Position numbers and translations under genes: made by a program
Notes under the pieces: generated by a model
Seen by the model: the letters and a program-made list of their open reading frames with translations, nothing else
Told to the model about the DNA's origin: nothing
Database searches by the model: none
Assembly: GCA_964429815.1 (NCBI GenBank)
Contig: CAYSCM010000001.1
Coordinates: 224,001 to 288,000, forward strand
Length of the DNA: 64,000 nt
From: an uncultured Candidatus Saccharibacteria bacterium
GTDB lineage: Bacteria > Patescibacteriota > Minisyncoccia > Phycocordibacterales > CAYSCM01
Reading direction: 5' to 3'
Shown here: in pieces, positions 26,680 to 36,267 of the stretch
Numbering within the stretch: position 1 is the first letter of the stretch
How the letters are laid out: the number at the start of each line of letters is the position of its first letter

Positions 26680-27891
26680 ATGAGTGAAAATCTGACTGCA
26701 GCAGCGGAAACGCTGCTGAAGCCGCTCGCTCCCGACGGTGCATCCGCCTCGGCCGCGAACGGAACTTCCCTCATAAACGAGCAGAAGGCCTCGATCACCC
26801 GCCCGGAAGAACCTATCGTGCTTCCAGGTGCGGCAGCTGTCCCCTCCGAGACTCCGGTTGCGGCTGATGAAGCGCGACCGGAAGAACTTCGAGCTCCCCA
26901 GTCCGTACGCCCGAACAAATTCCAAGAGCTTCTCGCTCGCTCCATCGAAGCGCGATTACGGCTCCGGTGGGAAGAAGCGGCTGGAGAACTCGCGCTCCTT
27001 GGTATGACGCCGGAAGAGCGCGAGAGCGCCTTCAGGGCGTGGGAAGCTCGACATCGGCCGCTTGTTGATATGAAAGAAGAACGGCGGATGCTTCTGCGCT
27101 TGAAGCGTTCGCGGGTCAAGGAAAAGAAAAAGGAGGGCGACTACTTGCAAATCCTCAAGAGCAAGAACGTCGACCTCACGCCGTTTGAGGACTTTTTCGC
27201 ACATGAGTGTGAAAAAGACCCTCGAGTCCGTTTGCGCAAGGACCTCTGGAACAATTTCCTTCGAGCTAGCGATGTAGGCCGTGGTGCGCTTCTACCGCTC
27301 TCGCAAGCTCTTCGCTTCACGGGCCTAAGCGACAAGATCGCCTCAATATCGCTTGCGGGCGACAAGGGTCGCACAGGCGTGATAACTCTTAGCATCAGCG
27401 GAAGGGTGGTCGTCAGACACGGGACCCCGGGCGTTACGTGGATCGGCGAACACGTGATACCCGTCATCGTGTTTTCCATTCGGACCTGGTTTTCCGGCTG
27501 GCGACGATTCCACTGTCGTCCCAGGACACAGATGTTCACGTACCCCTTGGTCTCGTGGATCAAGCTCACCACGACAGCACAGTTCTGCGATACGGATAAG
27601 GTCGGCAGAGCCGTCGAACCGATGAAACTCGAGCGTGTCATCGAGGCACTCAAGGATCGGGAGTCTGAGGAGCTTTCAACCTCGTTCGAGGTCCGCCGCT
27701 CTGGGACGCACGACCACCTTCGGTTCGTTGTGCGCACCAGCATGCCCTACGTCGGCGTGAAGTACGTCGACGACTGCGACGCGAGTCCTGAGCTGTGGGG
27801 GGTTCTTGGCGAGGACGTGCACAAGCTCTTCCTTCCCTGGATCCCGCATCCCGGCTTCGCGCCGGCTCCCCGAGCGGCATCGTCTTCCTGA
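26680..27891 (+). CDS. hypothetical protein (403 aa)
   Basis: Upstream TGGTATAAC extended -10; no recognisable domain. Confidence 0.4.
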   Translation: MSENLTAAAETLLKPLAPDGASASAANGTSLINEQKASITRPEEPIVLPGAAAVPSETPVAADEARPEELRAPQSVRPNKFQELLARSIEARLRLRWEEAAGELALLGMTPEERESAFRAWEARHRPLVDMKEERRMLLRLKRSRVKEKKKEGDYLQILKSKNVDLTPFEDFFAHECEKDPRVRLRKDLWNNFLRASDVGRGALLPLSQALRFTGLSDKIASISLAGDKGRTGVITLSISGRVVVRHGTPGVTWIGEHVIPVIVFSIRTWFSGWRRFHCRPRTQMFTYPLVSWIKLTTTAQFCDTDKVGRAVEPMKLERVIEALKDRESEELSTSFEVRRSGTHDHLRFVVRTSMPYVGVKYVDDCDASPELWGVLGEDVHKLFLPWIPHPGFAPAPRAASSS

Positions 27892-27988
27892 ATTTTCGCG
27901 CCACGGTACCAGGCGCCCGCAGTGCGGGCGCCTTTTTCTTTTTGTTCTTTTTAGAAATTGCGCGGCGCCGTCATGCTACAATTTCTCC

Positions 27989-28747
27989 ATGAAAAAAGGG
28001 CTCGTCGTCGCCAATTGGAAGATGAACCCGCAGAGTGTCGCGGAGGCCCAGAGGCTCCTGCGCGCGACCAAACTCGTAGCGTCTCGCTCCAAAATTCAGG
28101 TCGTCGTGTGCCCTCCCGCGCCATTCCTCTCGCTTCTTAGCTCCTCGATGCGCTCCGGCAAACTCGCACTTGGCGCGCAAGACCTCTCTGCGCTCGATGG
28201 GGGTTCTCACACCGGGGAAATTTCTGCCGCCATGCTCCGAAGCGTGAAAGTCTCCTATGTCATCGTAGGACACTCGGAACGCCGTGCACTCGGAGAGAAG
28301 AATGACGCGGTCGCGGCGAAACTGCGTCGAGCCCTTTCGGATGATCTTACCCCAATCCTTTGTGTCGGAGAGCATGAACGCGACAAGGAAGGCGAGTATC
28401 TCGAGGAACTACGGACCCAAATAAAAGAGTCACTCAAAGGCATACACCTCACGGACCTCAAATACCTTGCCATTGCCTATGAGCCGGTGTGGGCCATCGG
28501 CCGCACGGCAGCCTTCGCGCTTCCCCCGAACGAGCTCGTTCAGACGACGCTCTTTGTCCGCAAGGTACTTTCAGAACTCTACAATAACGCCACGGCTCTT
28601 TCCGTTCCTATTCTTTATGGTGGTTCCGTCGAGCGGGACAACGCAGCACAGCTCGCGGAAAGTGGCGCCGTCTCCGGCGCGCTCGTCGGGCATGCTTCTC
28701 TGAAACCGGAGGAATTTTCGATTATCGTCAAAGCTTTCGACCACTAG
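27989..28747 (+). CDS. tpiA: triosephosphate isomerase
   Basis: 253 aa; ANWKMN, GHSERR, AYEPVWAIGTG, YGGSV motifs; TGCTACAAT extended -10 ends 6 nt before the ATG (leaderless-like). Confidence 0.9.
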   Translation: MKKGLVVANWKMNPQSVAEAQRLLRATKLVASRSKIQVVVCPPAPFLSLLSSSMRSGKLALGAQDLSALDGGSHTGEISAAMLRSVKVSYVIVGHSERRALGEKNDAVAAKLRRALSDDLTPILCVGEHERDKEGEYLEELRTQIKESLKGIHLTDLKYLAIAYEPVWAIGRTAAFALPPNELVQTTLFVRKVLSELYNNATALSVPILYGGSVERDNAAQLAESGAVSGALVGHASLKPEEFSIIVKAFDH

Positions 28748-28749
28748 CT

Positions 28750-29886
28750 ATGGCCCTCTCCGTCCCCACCATACGAACGCTTGGTAACTTGCGCGGTACG
28801 CGCGTACTTCTGCGCACCGGTTTTAATGTTCCGCTTACTTCGGAAGGGGAGATAGCAGATGACTTCCGCATTCGCCGGGCGCTGCCGACAATAGAGTATC
28901 TGGTCCAGCTTGGGGCCCGCACGACCATCGTGGCGCACCTCGGGGACGGCAATCGCTCACTCTCCGCCATCGCTACCATGCTCGAAAGCCAGCTGCCCCT
29001 CACGTTCGTGCCTGACCTCGTGGGGCGCGAAGCGAAAAAGGCCCGCGAGGCGCTCCAAAACGGGGAGGTACTCCTCCTCGAGAACGTCCGCAGTGACGCG
29101 CGCGAGGTGCAAAATGATGATGCTTTCGCCCGTGAACTTGCCGCAGGGGCCGATATCTATCTCAACGACGCATTCGCCGACTCCCACCGCATGCACGCTT
29201 CGATAGTCGGTATCCCCAAACACCTCCCTGGCGGGGCTGGCTTTCTCATGGAGGAAGAGACGAACAATCTCTCGCGGGCGCTCTCACCGGAACACCCGTC
29301 GCTGTTCATTCTCGGTGGTGCGAAATTCGCGACCAAGGAACCGCTCATCAAAAAGTTTCTCGACATCTATGACCATGTCTTCGTTGGGGGAGCCGTCGCC
29401 AATGATTTTTTCAAGGCGAGAGGCTACGAGGTCGGCCACTCGCTCCTCTCCTCCGGCTGGCTCAAGGCACGCGAGCTCATGAACCACCCCAAAATCCTTC
29501 TTCCCTCCGATGTGACCGTGGCCTCTCTTTCAGGGAAGGAGGCGAAACTTCTTATCGATATCGGAGAGAACGACACCATACACGACATAGGGCCGCGCTC
29601 GCTCCTCGAGCTCTCCGACGCGGTCGCCAACTCGCGCTTCGTGCTCTGGAACGGTCCCTTAGGTAACTACGAAATGGGCTACACGGAGCCCACCGAGGAG
29701 ATCGCGCGCGTCATGAGCTCCTCTTCCGCCTACTCGATTGTCGGCGGCGGTGACACCATCGCCTCCATCGGGCGCCTTAAACTCGAAAAACATTTTTCCT
29801 TTCTCTCGACAGGCGGCGGCGCGATGCTCCAGTTCCTCCAAAGCGGCACACTCCCCGGCATCGACGTACTGCGGCGAAAAACGTAG
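28750..29886 (+). CDS. pgk: phosphoglycerate kinase
   Basis: 378 aa; canonical Pgk N- and C-domain motifs (RTGFNVP, FVLWNGPLG). Confidence 0.9.
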   Translation: MALSVPTIRTLGNLRGTRVLLRTGFNVPLTSEGEIADDFRIRRALPTIEYLVQLGARTTIVAHLGDGNRSLSAIATMLESQLPLTFVPDLVGREAKKAREALQNGEVLLLENVRSDAREVQNDDAFARELAAGADIYLNDAFADSHRMHASIVGIPKHLPGGAGFLMEEETNNLSRALSPEHPSLFILGGAKFATKEPLIKKFLDIYDHVFVGGAVANDFFKARGYEVGHSLLSSGWLKARELMNHPKILLPSDVTVASLSGKEAKLLIDIGENDTIHDIGPRSLLELSDAVANSRFVLWNGPLGNYEMGYTEPTEEIARVMSSSSAYSIVGGGDTIASIGRLKLEKHFSFLSTGGGAMLQFLQSGTLPGIDVLRRKT

Positions 29887-29888
29887 GC

Positions 29889-30302
29889 TCACAGGCTCCG
29901 GCGTATCTTTTCCGCCACCTGCTGCGCCTCTCCCGGCTTATACGCGCGCTTCCCCCAGTGCGTATAACCGTCTTCTCTGAAGCGGGGAATGACGTGGAGG
30001 TGGGCGTGGAAGATGATCTGTCCCGCTACCTCTTCGTTGTTCATGGCGATGTTGATGCCGCCCGCGGCAACCGCCGGTTTTACTGCCTTTGCTATTTTCT
30101 GGACGGTACGCATGAGCGCCGCGAGATGATGGTCGTCTAGTGCGTAAAGGTTTTCAAAATGCTTTTTTGGAACGACGAGCGTGTGACCTGGATTGTTCGG
30201 GTGGATGTCCAAGAACGCGAGCGTATCATCGTCCTCGTATACCTTGTAGGAAGGGATTTCGCCCCGAACTATCTTACAAAAAACGCAGTCGAGAGAATTC
30301 AT
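29889..30302 (-). CDS. HIT family protein (Hint-like)
   Basis: 138 aa from MNSLDCVFCKI; histidine triad HAHLHVIPR; TGGTACAAT -10 element 9 nt upstream of the ATG (leaderless-like); the -10 overlaps the recJ start codon on the other strand. Confidence 0.75.
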   Translation of the reverse strand: MNSLDCVFCKIVRGEIPSYKVYEDDDTLAFLDIHPNNPGHTLVVPKKHFENLYALDDHHLAALMRTVQKIAKAVKPAVAAGGINIAMNNEEVAGQIIFHAHLHVIPRFREDGYTHWGKRAYKPGEAQQVAEKIRRSL

Positions 30303-30319
30303 CGTGCTAGGATTGTACC

Positions 30320-32023
30320 ATGCGCCGTTATGCTCTCCGCGAAGCACCTCATCCGGACACCCTACAAGAACTCTCCACTCTTCCACCGCTACTTTCCGAA
30401 CTCCTCGTCGCGCGTGGCATCACTGAACCGCTCGGGGCTCAGGAATTTCTCAATCCCTCTTACGAGAAACATCTTCACGATCCCTACCTTCTCCCTGATA
30501 TGGAAAAATCAGTGGAGAGGATTCTCTCAGCGATCGCAAAGAGCGAGAAGGTCGTTATTTGGAATGATTATGACTGTGATGGCATCCCCGGCGGAGCGCT
30601 CCTCCACGATTTTTTTAAAAAAATAAACTACGCCAATTTTCGAAACTACATTCCGCACCGTCACAGGGAAGGCTACGGGCTCAATGTGGAGGGAATTGAA
30701 ACGCTCAAGGCAGAAGGAGCCGCTCTCATCATCACTGTTGATTGCGGGATCGTGGATCACGTCCCGATTGAAAAGGCAACTCAGCTGGGAATCGATGTCA
30801 TTGTCACTGACCACCACCTGCCGGGCGAGACTCTACCGCCGGCCTACGCGGTCATAAACGTAAAGCGCAGGGATTCGACCTATCCCTTCGATGGTCTTTC
30901 CGGCGCCGGAACCGCATTTAAGCTCGTTCAAGCTCTTCTTATAAAGAATCGTTTCGGGATTAAAGAGGGATGGGAGAAATGGCTTCTCGATATGGCAGGG
31001 CTTGCGACGATTGCTGACATGATGCCGCTCATAGGCGAAAACCGGGCCCTCGCTCACTATGGCCTTAAGGTACTTCGCAAATCACCGCGGCCAGGACTTA
31101 TGAAACTCTGCCGTCTTATGAAAACTGAACAATCATCCATCACCGAGGATGATGTCGGTTTTATGATCGCACCGCGCGTCAATGCCGCCTCACGCATGGA
31201 CAAACCCGAAGATGCGTTCCATCTTTTGACCACAACGGACGAAGGGCAGGCTGACGAGCTTGCAGCGAAGCTCAACCGCATCAATGACGAACGGAAAGGC
31301 GTGGTAGCCTCGACCGTAAAAGAAATAAAGAAGCGCATCGCATCCTTTACGGAAGTGAAAGAAGTGATCGTCATGGGCAATCCCGCTTGGCGCCCGGGAC
31401 TCCTCGGACTTGCCGCCAATACACTCGTTGAAGAATACAGTCGGCCGGTGTTTTTGTGGGGGCGTGAGGGAGGAGAGATCATCAAGGGCTCGTGTCGCTC
31501 CGATGGATCGGTCAATGTGGTCACTCTTATGGGTGCTGCGAAGCGGGTATTTGATGACTTTGGTGGGCACTCTCTTTCGGGAGGATTCTCAATGTCACAA
31601 GAGAAAGTACACGTGCTCGAGGAGACGCTCATTGCCGCGTATAAAGAGGTAAGACTTGAAGAGGGAATTATTGAAGAGGCAATGATAGATAAAAAACTCT
31701 CGCTTGAGGATGTAACCTTCGATACCTATCGCCTCATCGAAAAGCTCTCGCCGTTTGGGGAGGGGAATCCGAAGCCGCTCTTTATGTTCGAGGACGTCGA
31801 GGTGAAAGAAGTTCGAATGTTCGGCAAGGAGAAACAACACCTCGAGCTCCTATTTGAAAATTTCTCCGGGCGAAAAATATCCGCCATAGCCTTTTTTGCT
31901 AAACCCGAGGATTTTCAGCGTGTTCCCGTAGCTGGAAAGACGATAAATCTCGTCGCTAACATGGAAAAATCCAATTTTCGAAACTATTCCCAGCTGCGCC
32001 TCCGTATCATCGATATCGTTTGA
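30320..32023 (+). CDS. recJ: single-stranded-DNA-specific exonuclease RecJ (DHH/DHHA1)
   Basis: 567 aa; DHH motif ITDHHLP; DHHA1-like C-terminal region. Confidence 0.85.
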   Translation: MRRYALREAPHPDTLQELSTLPPLLSELLVARGITEPLGAQEFLNPSYEKHLHDPYLLPDMEKSVERILSAIAKSEKVVIWNDYDCDGIPGGALLHDFFKKINYANFRNYIPHRHREGYGLNVEGIETLKAEGAALIITVDCGIVDHVPIEKATQLGIDVIVTDHHLPGETLPPAYAVINVKRRDSTYPFDGLSGAGTAFKLVQALLIKNRFGIKEGWEKWLLDMAGLATIADMMPLIGENRALAHYGLKVLRKSPRPGLMKLCRLMKTEQSSITEDDVGFMIAPRVNAASRMDKPEDAFHLLTTTDEGQADELAAKLNRINDERKGVVASTVKEIKKRIASFTEVKEVIVMGNPAWRPGLLGLAANTLVEEYSRPVFLWGREGGEIIKGSCRSDGSVNVVTLMGAAKRVFDDFGGHSLSGGFSMSQEKVHVLEETLIAAYKEVRLEEGIIEEAMIDKKLSLEDVTFDTYRLIEKLSPFGEGNPKPLFMFEDVEVKEVRMFGKEKQHLELLFENFSGRKISAIAFFAKPEDFQRVPVAGKTINLVANMEKSNFRNYSQLRLRIIDIV

Positions 32024-32072
32024 AAAGAAAAGCGCCCGACCAAAGAGTCGGGCGCGAACAACAGAGGATGCA

Positions 32073-32597
32073 CTAGGTTCGAATGGCGCGGACGTTATCT
32101 TTTTTTCTTTGCTCACGCATTGCGCGTTGTATATCGACAGCAATACTCCGGACTTCGTGGGCGGCCGGCACGATGCCGATGATGAGCAGAACAACCAACG
32201 GATCGGCCCAATTCCATGGAACGAAGCCAAACTTAGTTATGGGCCCGGCTAAACAGCCGAATATGTGGGCGGAAAGAATCAGTATGAAAGCGGAGAACCA
32301 CTCGAGGGATTCATCTTCCATCATTTTGTTTATCATCCAGAAGGCATAGAGAATGAGATCGGCAAGGAACAGAAGACCCACCCATATAATGATCAGCCCG
32401 GAGATGCCCCCTCTGTCTTTAGCCCCCCTCGCCGCGTCCTTCACGAAAGCCGTATTCACGGAGTCGCCAAGCCATACGGCAAAGTAGGCTATGACGAGGC
32501 TGAGAGCAATAGTTAGGATTCGGTTGGACATTTTCCTCTCCGCAGTTGGGAATGAACAGCTTCGTAAGTATTTAACAAAGATTTTTGTTTCTGTCAA
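32073..32597 (-). CDS. hypothetical membrane protein (about 4 TM)
   Basis: Hydrophobic helices; probable start at MSNRILT (32530). Confidence 0.45.
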   Translation of the reverse strand: MTETKIFVKYLRSCSFPTAERKMSNRILTIALSLVIAYFAVWLGDSVNTAFVKDAARGAKDRGGISGLIIIWVGLLFLADLILYAFWMINKMMEDESLEWFSAFILILSAHIFGCLAGPITKFGFVPWNWADPLVVLLIIGIVPAAHEVRSIAVDIQRAMREQRKKDNVRAIRT

Positions 32598-32627
32598 GTT
32601 TCAATACTTGCTGATATACTTTTTTGA

Positions 32628-33050
32628 ATGAAATTCACCATCTATACCGACGGGGGAGCGAGGGGAAATCCCGGACCTGCGGGACTCGGTGCGGTCATTG
32701 TCGACGAGAAGGGGAAGGTTTTGAAAGAAATTTCTAAATTTCTCGGCCATCAGACGAATAATTTTGCCGAATACGAGGCGATTATTGCGGCGCTCACCGA
32801 ACTTAAAAAAATTGTTCCCGAAGGAAAGCGAAAAGATACGCAGGTTGAGATGAAAATGGACAGCGAACTTGCTGTGCGGCAGCTCTCGGGGAAATACCAA
32901 ATTAAAACAGAGAGTCTGTTTCCAAAATTTATAGCCATTCACAATATGCGGGTGAAAGATTTCCCGAATATCACCTTCACCCATGTGCGCCGAGAGCAAA
33001 ATAAGGAAGCGGACAGACTTGCGAACGAAGCGATGGACCGTGGTGCGTAA
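32628..33050 (+). CDS. rnhA: ribonuclease HI
   Basis: 140 aa; TDGGARGNPGPAG...NNFAEYEA...EADRLAN. Confidence 0.9.
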   Translation: MKFTIYTDGGARGNPGPAGLGAVIVDEKGKVLKEISKFLGHQTNNFAEYEAIIAALTELKKIVPEGKRKDTQVEMKMDSELAVRQLSGKYQIKTESLFPKFIAIHNMRVKDFPNITFTHVRREQNKEADRLANEAMDRGA

Positions 33051-33052
33051 GT

Positions 33053-34558
33053 ATGCGAGACAAAATTTTTCTCTGGCTCATTCTCGGGTTTGCGGGCGGG
33101 ATCCTGCTTCGTTCGTTTTTTGATTTCGGACTTTTTCTTCCGATCATTTTTTCGGTCGTCGCTTTTTCCGTCATTCTCTCCCGTGCGTTTTGGGATACAT
33201 CCACCGCCGCGGCACTCCTCGTCGCGGCGGCTCTCTTCGGCTGCTCCCTGGGCATGCTCCGCTATGAAAAAGCGGATCTTCCCAAAAATCCCCTCATTGA
33301 GTCGTTTCAGGAAAAAAATGTGGCAGCAGAGGGTGTAGTGGTAGGCGAGCCAGATGAGCGAGAAAACTCAACATTGCTCTACGTCCGGCTCGACAAGATC
33401 GAAGACCAAAGCGTCAACGAAAAAATTCTTGCGGTTGTGGAGCTGTATCCAAAAATATCCTACGGTGATGAAATTACGTTGTCTGGAAAGATTCAATACC
33501 CACAGAACTTTGAAACTGACACGGGAAGAGTATTCGATTACCGCGCATATCTTGCGAAAGAGGGAATTACGTACGAAATGACATTCCCGAAACTTTCAAT
33601 AGAAGGGCACGAGAAAGGAAATCCCGTTCTCGAAGCTCTATTTACACTTAAAGAAAAATTTTTACACAATGTCGAGCAGGTTATACCGGAGCCAGATGCA
33701 TCACTGCTCGGGGGTCTCGTCGTCGGCGCAAAACACTCGCTCGGAAAAGAGCTCCTCGATGATTTTCGCACCGTCGGCGTCGTGCATATCGTTGTGCTTT
33801 CCGGCTACAACGTCACCATTGTTGCTGACTTCATTCAAAAAGTATTCTCCTTTTTGCCCCGCTATGTCGGCATCGGGCTCGGCTCGCTTTCCATCGTCTT
33901 TTTCGCGCTCATGACCGGGGCGACCGCGACGACCGTGCGTGCGAGCATCATGGCACTCCTGGCGATTGTCGCCCGCGCGACAGGGCGCACCTACGTCATC
34001 ACCCGAGCTCTCGTGTTGGCGGGTTTTTTCATGCTTCTCCAAAATCCCCACATCCTCGTCTTCGATACCTCGTTTCAACTCTCGTTCCTCTCAACCCTTG
34101 CGCTCATCTATGTCTCCCCGCTCGTTGAGGCAAGACTTCTTTGGATTCCGGAGAAGTTTGGACTGCGCGAGATTGTGACCGCAACCATTTCGACACAAAT
34201 TTTCGTGTTACCGTTTCTCCTCTATACCACCGGCATCTTCTCTGTCGTTTCATTACCCGCCAACCTCCTCATTTTGCCTTTGGTGCCGGTGACCATGCTC
34301 TTCGGATTTCTCGCGGGTACCCTCGGTTTCGTGAATCTCATCGTGGCGGCACCGTTTTCTTGGGCCGCCACCGCGCTCCTCTCGTTCATGCTCTTTGTCG
34401 TCAAAGAATTAGCGTCGGCACCGTTTGCCGCTGTCGTACTGCCAGCGTTTCCGTTTCTCCTCGTCATGTTCTGGTACGGTCTATATGCGTATGGGTATGT
34501 AAAAATGAGAAAGCCCGCCGCAGCGGAAGCTGCGGCGGGCGCTGCTGCAAGAAGTTAA
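33053..34558 (+). CDS. comEC: ComEC/Rec2-family competence membrane protein (DUF4131 + competence domain; no fused MBL domain)
   Basis: 501 aa; polytopic; the metallo-beta-lactamase domain is absent from this ORF. Confidence 0.75.
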   Translation: MRDKIFLWLILGFAGGILLRSFFDFGLFLPIIFSVVAFSVILSRAFWDTSTAAALLVAAALFGCSLGMLRYEKADLPKNPLIESFQEKNVAAEGVVVGEPDERENSTLLYVRLDKIEDQSVNEKILAVVELYPKISYGDEITLSGKIQYPQNFETDTGRVFDYRAYLAKEGITYEMTFPKLSIEGHEKGNPVLEALFTLKEKFLHNVEQVIPEPDASLLGGLVVGAKHSLGKELLDDFRTVGVVHIVVLSGYNVTIVADFIQKVFSFLPRYVGIGLGSLSIVFFALMTGATATTVRASIMALLAIVARATGRTYVITRALVLAGFFMLLQNPHILVFDTSFQLSFLSTLALIYVSPLVEARLLWIPEKFGLREIVTATISTQIFVLPFLLYTTGIFSVVSLPANLLILPLVPVTMLFGFLAGTLGFVNLIVAAPFSWAATALLSFMLFVVKELASAPFAAVVLPAFPFLLVMFWYGLYAYGYVKMRKPAAAEAAAGAAARS

Positions 34559-35145
34559 GACGCCGCGGAGAAGCGTTTCTCCGCGACACTCCAGTTGAGG
34601 TTGCTCCAGAATGCGTCGATGTAGTTTTTCTTTTCCGCCGGCGCGTAGTCGACCATAAAGGCGTGTTCCCACATATCGAGCGCGAGAATGATCGGAAGCC
34701 CGGCAAGCTGTCCGAGCTCATGATCACCTACCCAATAGATATGGGGTGTTTTTCCTTTACCATCCCACGCAAGCACGGTCCAGCCGATGCCGCGCATGAG
34801 CCCGATATTTTTGAAGTGCGATTCAAACTCGGCGAGGGAGCCGTATTTCTCGACAAGAACCTCACCGAGCGCTCCAGATTCCAAAAGGCCAGCGGGGCCA
34901 CTCTCCCACTGCTCGAAGTAGTACTCGTGCATGCGCATGCCGTTGAACTCGAAACCAAAGCGGCGCATCACCTCGCCGAGGGCGTACGCGTTCTTTTCGC
35001 TGTCGCTTCGAAGATCAGCAAGGACCTCCCGCAGATGGTTGGTGAATTTCACATAGCCAGCGTAGAGCTTGAGGTGCACGTCGAGCTGCTTCTGCGATAT
35101 TCCTCTGAGCTCGGGCAAGGAGAATTTCTGCTCTGCGTAGATCAT
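34555..35145 (-). CDS. sodA: Fe/Mn superoxide dismutase
   Basis: 196 aa; DMWEHAF motif, conserved metal-binding His/Asp context. Confidence 0.9.
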   Translation of the reverse strand: MIYAEQKFSLPELRGISQKQLDVHLKLYAGYVKFTNHLREVLADLRSDSEKNAYALGEVMRRFGFEFNGMRMHEYYFEQWESGPAGLLESGALGEVLVEKYGSLAEFESHFKNIGLMRGIGWTVLAWDGKGKTPHIYWVGDHELGQLAGLPIILALDMWEHAFMVDYAPAEKKNYIDAFWSNLNWSVAEKRFSAAS

Positions 35146-35261
35146 GGTGCCGCTTAGTATAGCATCGGCACAATGATTTTCCGGTGTGTCTACCTTGTGG
35201 CCATGTATCGGCGTGGTTCAATACAGGGAGCACCTCAGTTCTCTACAGAAAGGGCAAGAGC

Positions 35262-36209
35262 ATGAAACGACTCTTCCTCATCGTATTATTCTGCGTTTTC
35301 TCGGTGCCGACGTACGGCCAAGTGCAGCTCCTTCGTTCTGACCCTCATAAAGCGGTATGGGCCACATACGCCTACATTCTTCAGAACTCCCTGCGTCGTA
35401 TCGATGTAGCGACCTGTGGGGAGCCCATCCGACGCGCCATCGGAAAAGTTCTCGCGTCCAAAGATGACCCCTTCACCCTCGTCGAGCAGAACTTTATTTT
35501 GCAGACTCGCGGATGCTTTGATCATTACTCGCAGTTCGTCCTGTTCCGAAGGACTCCCAATCCGCCCCAAGAAAATACCTCCGGAGGAACAACGAAGCTC
35601 GCGTACCGGACGGTCATCGGTGCTCCGCTGACCGAGACGACGCAGTACGTACTTATCGAGCGTTTTGGCTCCATGACAGCGCGCGACTTTGCTCGGGAGC
35701 TGTCTTCCACCAGGGGAATGCGCAACCTCGTCCTTGACCTTCGGGACAATCCGGGCGGAAGCCTCGATGGCGCGCTTAGCATCGCGCACCTCTTTGCGCG
35801 CTCCGAGAAGCTTGTCCTCGCGGAGTACGTATTCAAGAACGGGGACGTCAAGACGCTCGTGACGACCTCCGCGGGAATATTCCGTCACGTTCGCATCATC
35901 ATGCTGGTCAACCGCAATACGGCCTCCGCGGGGGAGGCTCTTGCAGGGGCGATCCGGTGCAGCGCCGGGGATGCCCGCATTCTCGGGGAGAGGACGTACG
36001 GCAAGGGCGTGTTCCAAAACGCCCTCGTTCTCGATGAGGGCATTGGCCTCTATCTCACGGCCGGAGAGTACTTCGTCGCCGGGGACCGTGTTCGCGGCAA
36101 GATCCAGGGCATCGGGCTCCTGCCGGATGTACTTCTCCCGAATACGCGACCGACGGAGGTCGACCGCGATGTCGCTGTGAAAATGGCGCTTACGCTCCTC
36201 GAAAAGTAG
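35262..36209 (+). CDS. S41-family carboxy-terminal processing peptidase (secreted)
   Basis: Signal peptide MKRLFLIVLFCVFSVPTYG; LVLDLRDNPGGSLDGALSIAHLF S41 active-site region. Confidence 0.8.
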   Translation: MKRLFLIVLFCVFSVPTYGQVQLLRSDPHKAVWATYAYILQNSLRRIDVATCGEPIRRAIGKVLASKDDPFTLVEQNFILQTRGCFDHYSQFVLFRRTPNPPQENTSGGTTKLAYRTVIGAPLTETTQYVLIERFGSMTARDFARELSSTRGMRNLVLDLRDNPGGSLDGALSIAHLFARSEKLVLAEYVFKNGDVKTLVTTSAGIFRHVRIIMLVNRNTASAGEALAGAIRCSAGDARILGERTYGKGVFQNALVLDEGIGLYLTAGEYFVAGDRVRGKIQGIGLLPDVLLPNTRPTEVDRDVAVKMALTLLEK

Positions 36210-36267
36210 CGGACGGGCGCGACCCTTGGTCGCGCCCTCTTTCTTTTTTATATATAGTAGTGCCGCT

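Noticed and set aside
27806-27988. 5' extension of tpiA in the ORF track and C-terminal overlap with ORF 26680-27891
   Set aside because: The TIM fold begins at MKKGLVVANWK (27989) with an extended -10 promoter immediately upstream. The upstream residues are Arg/Pro-rich.
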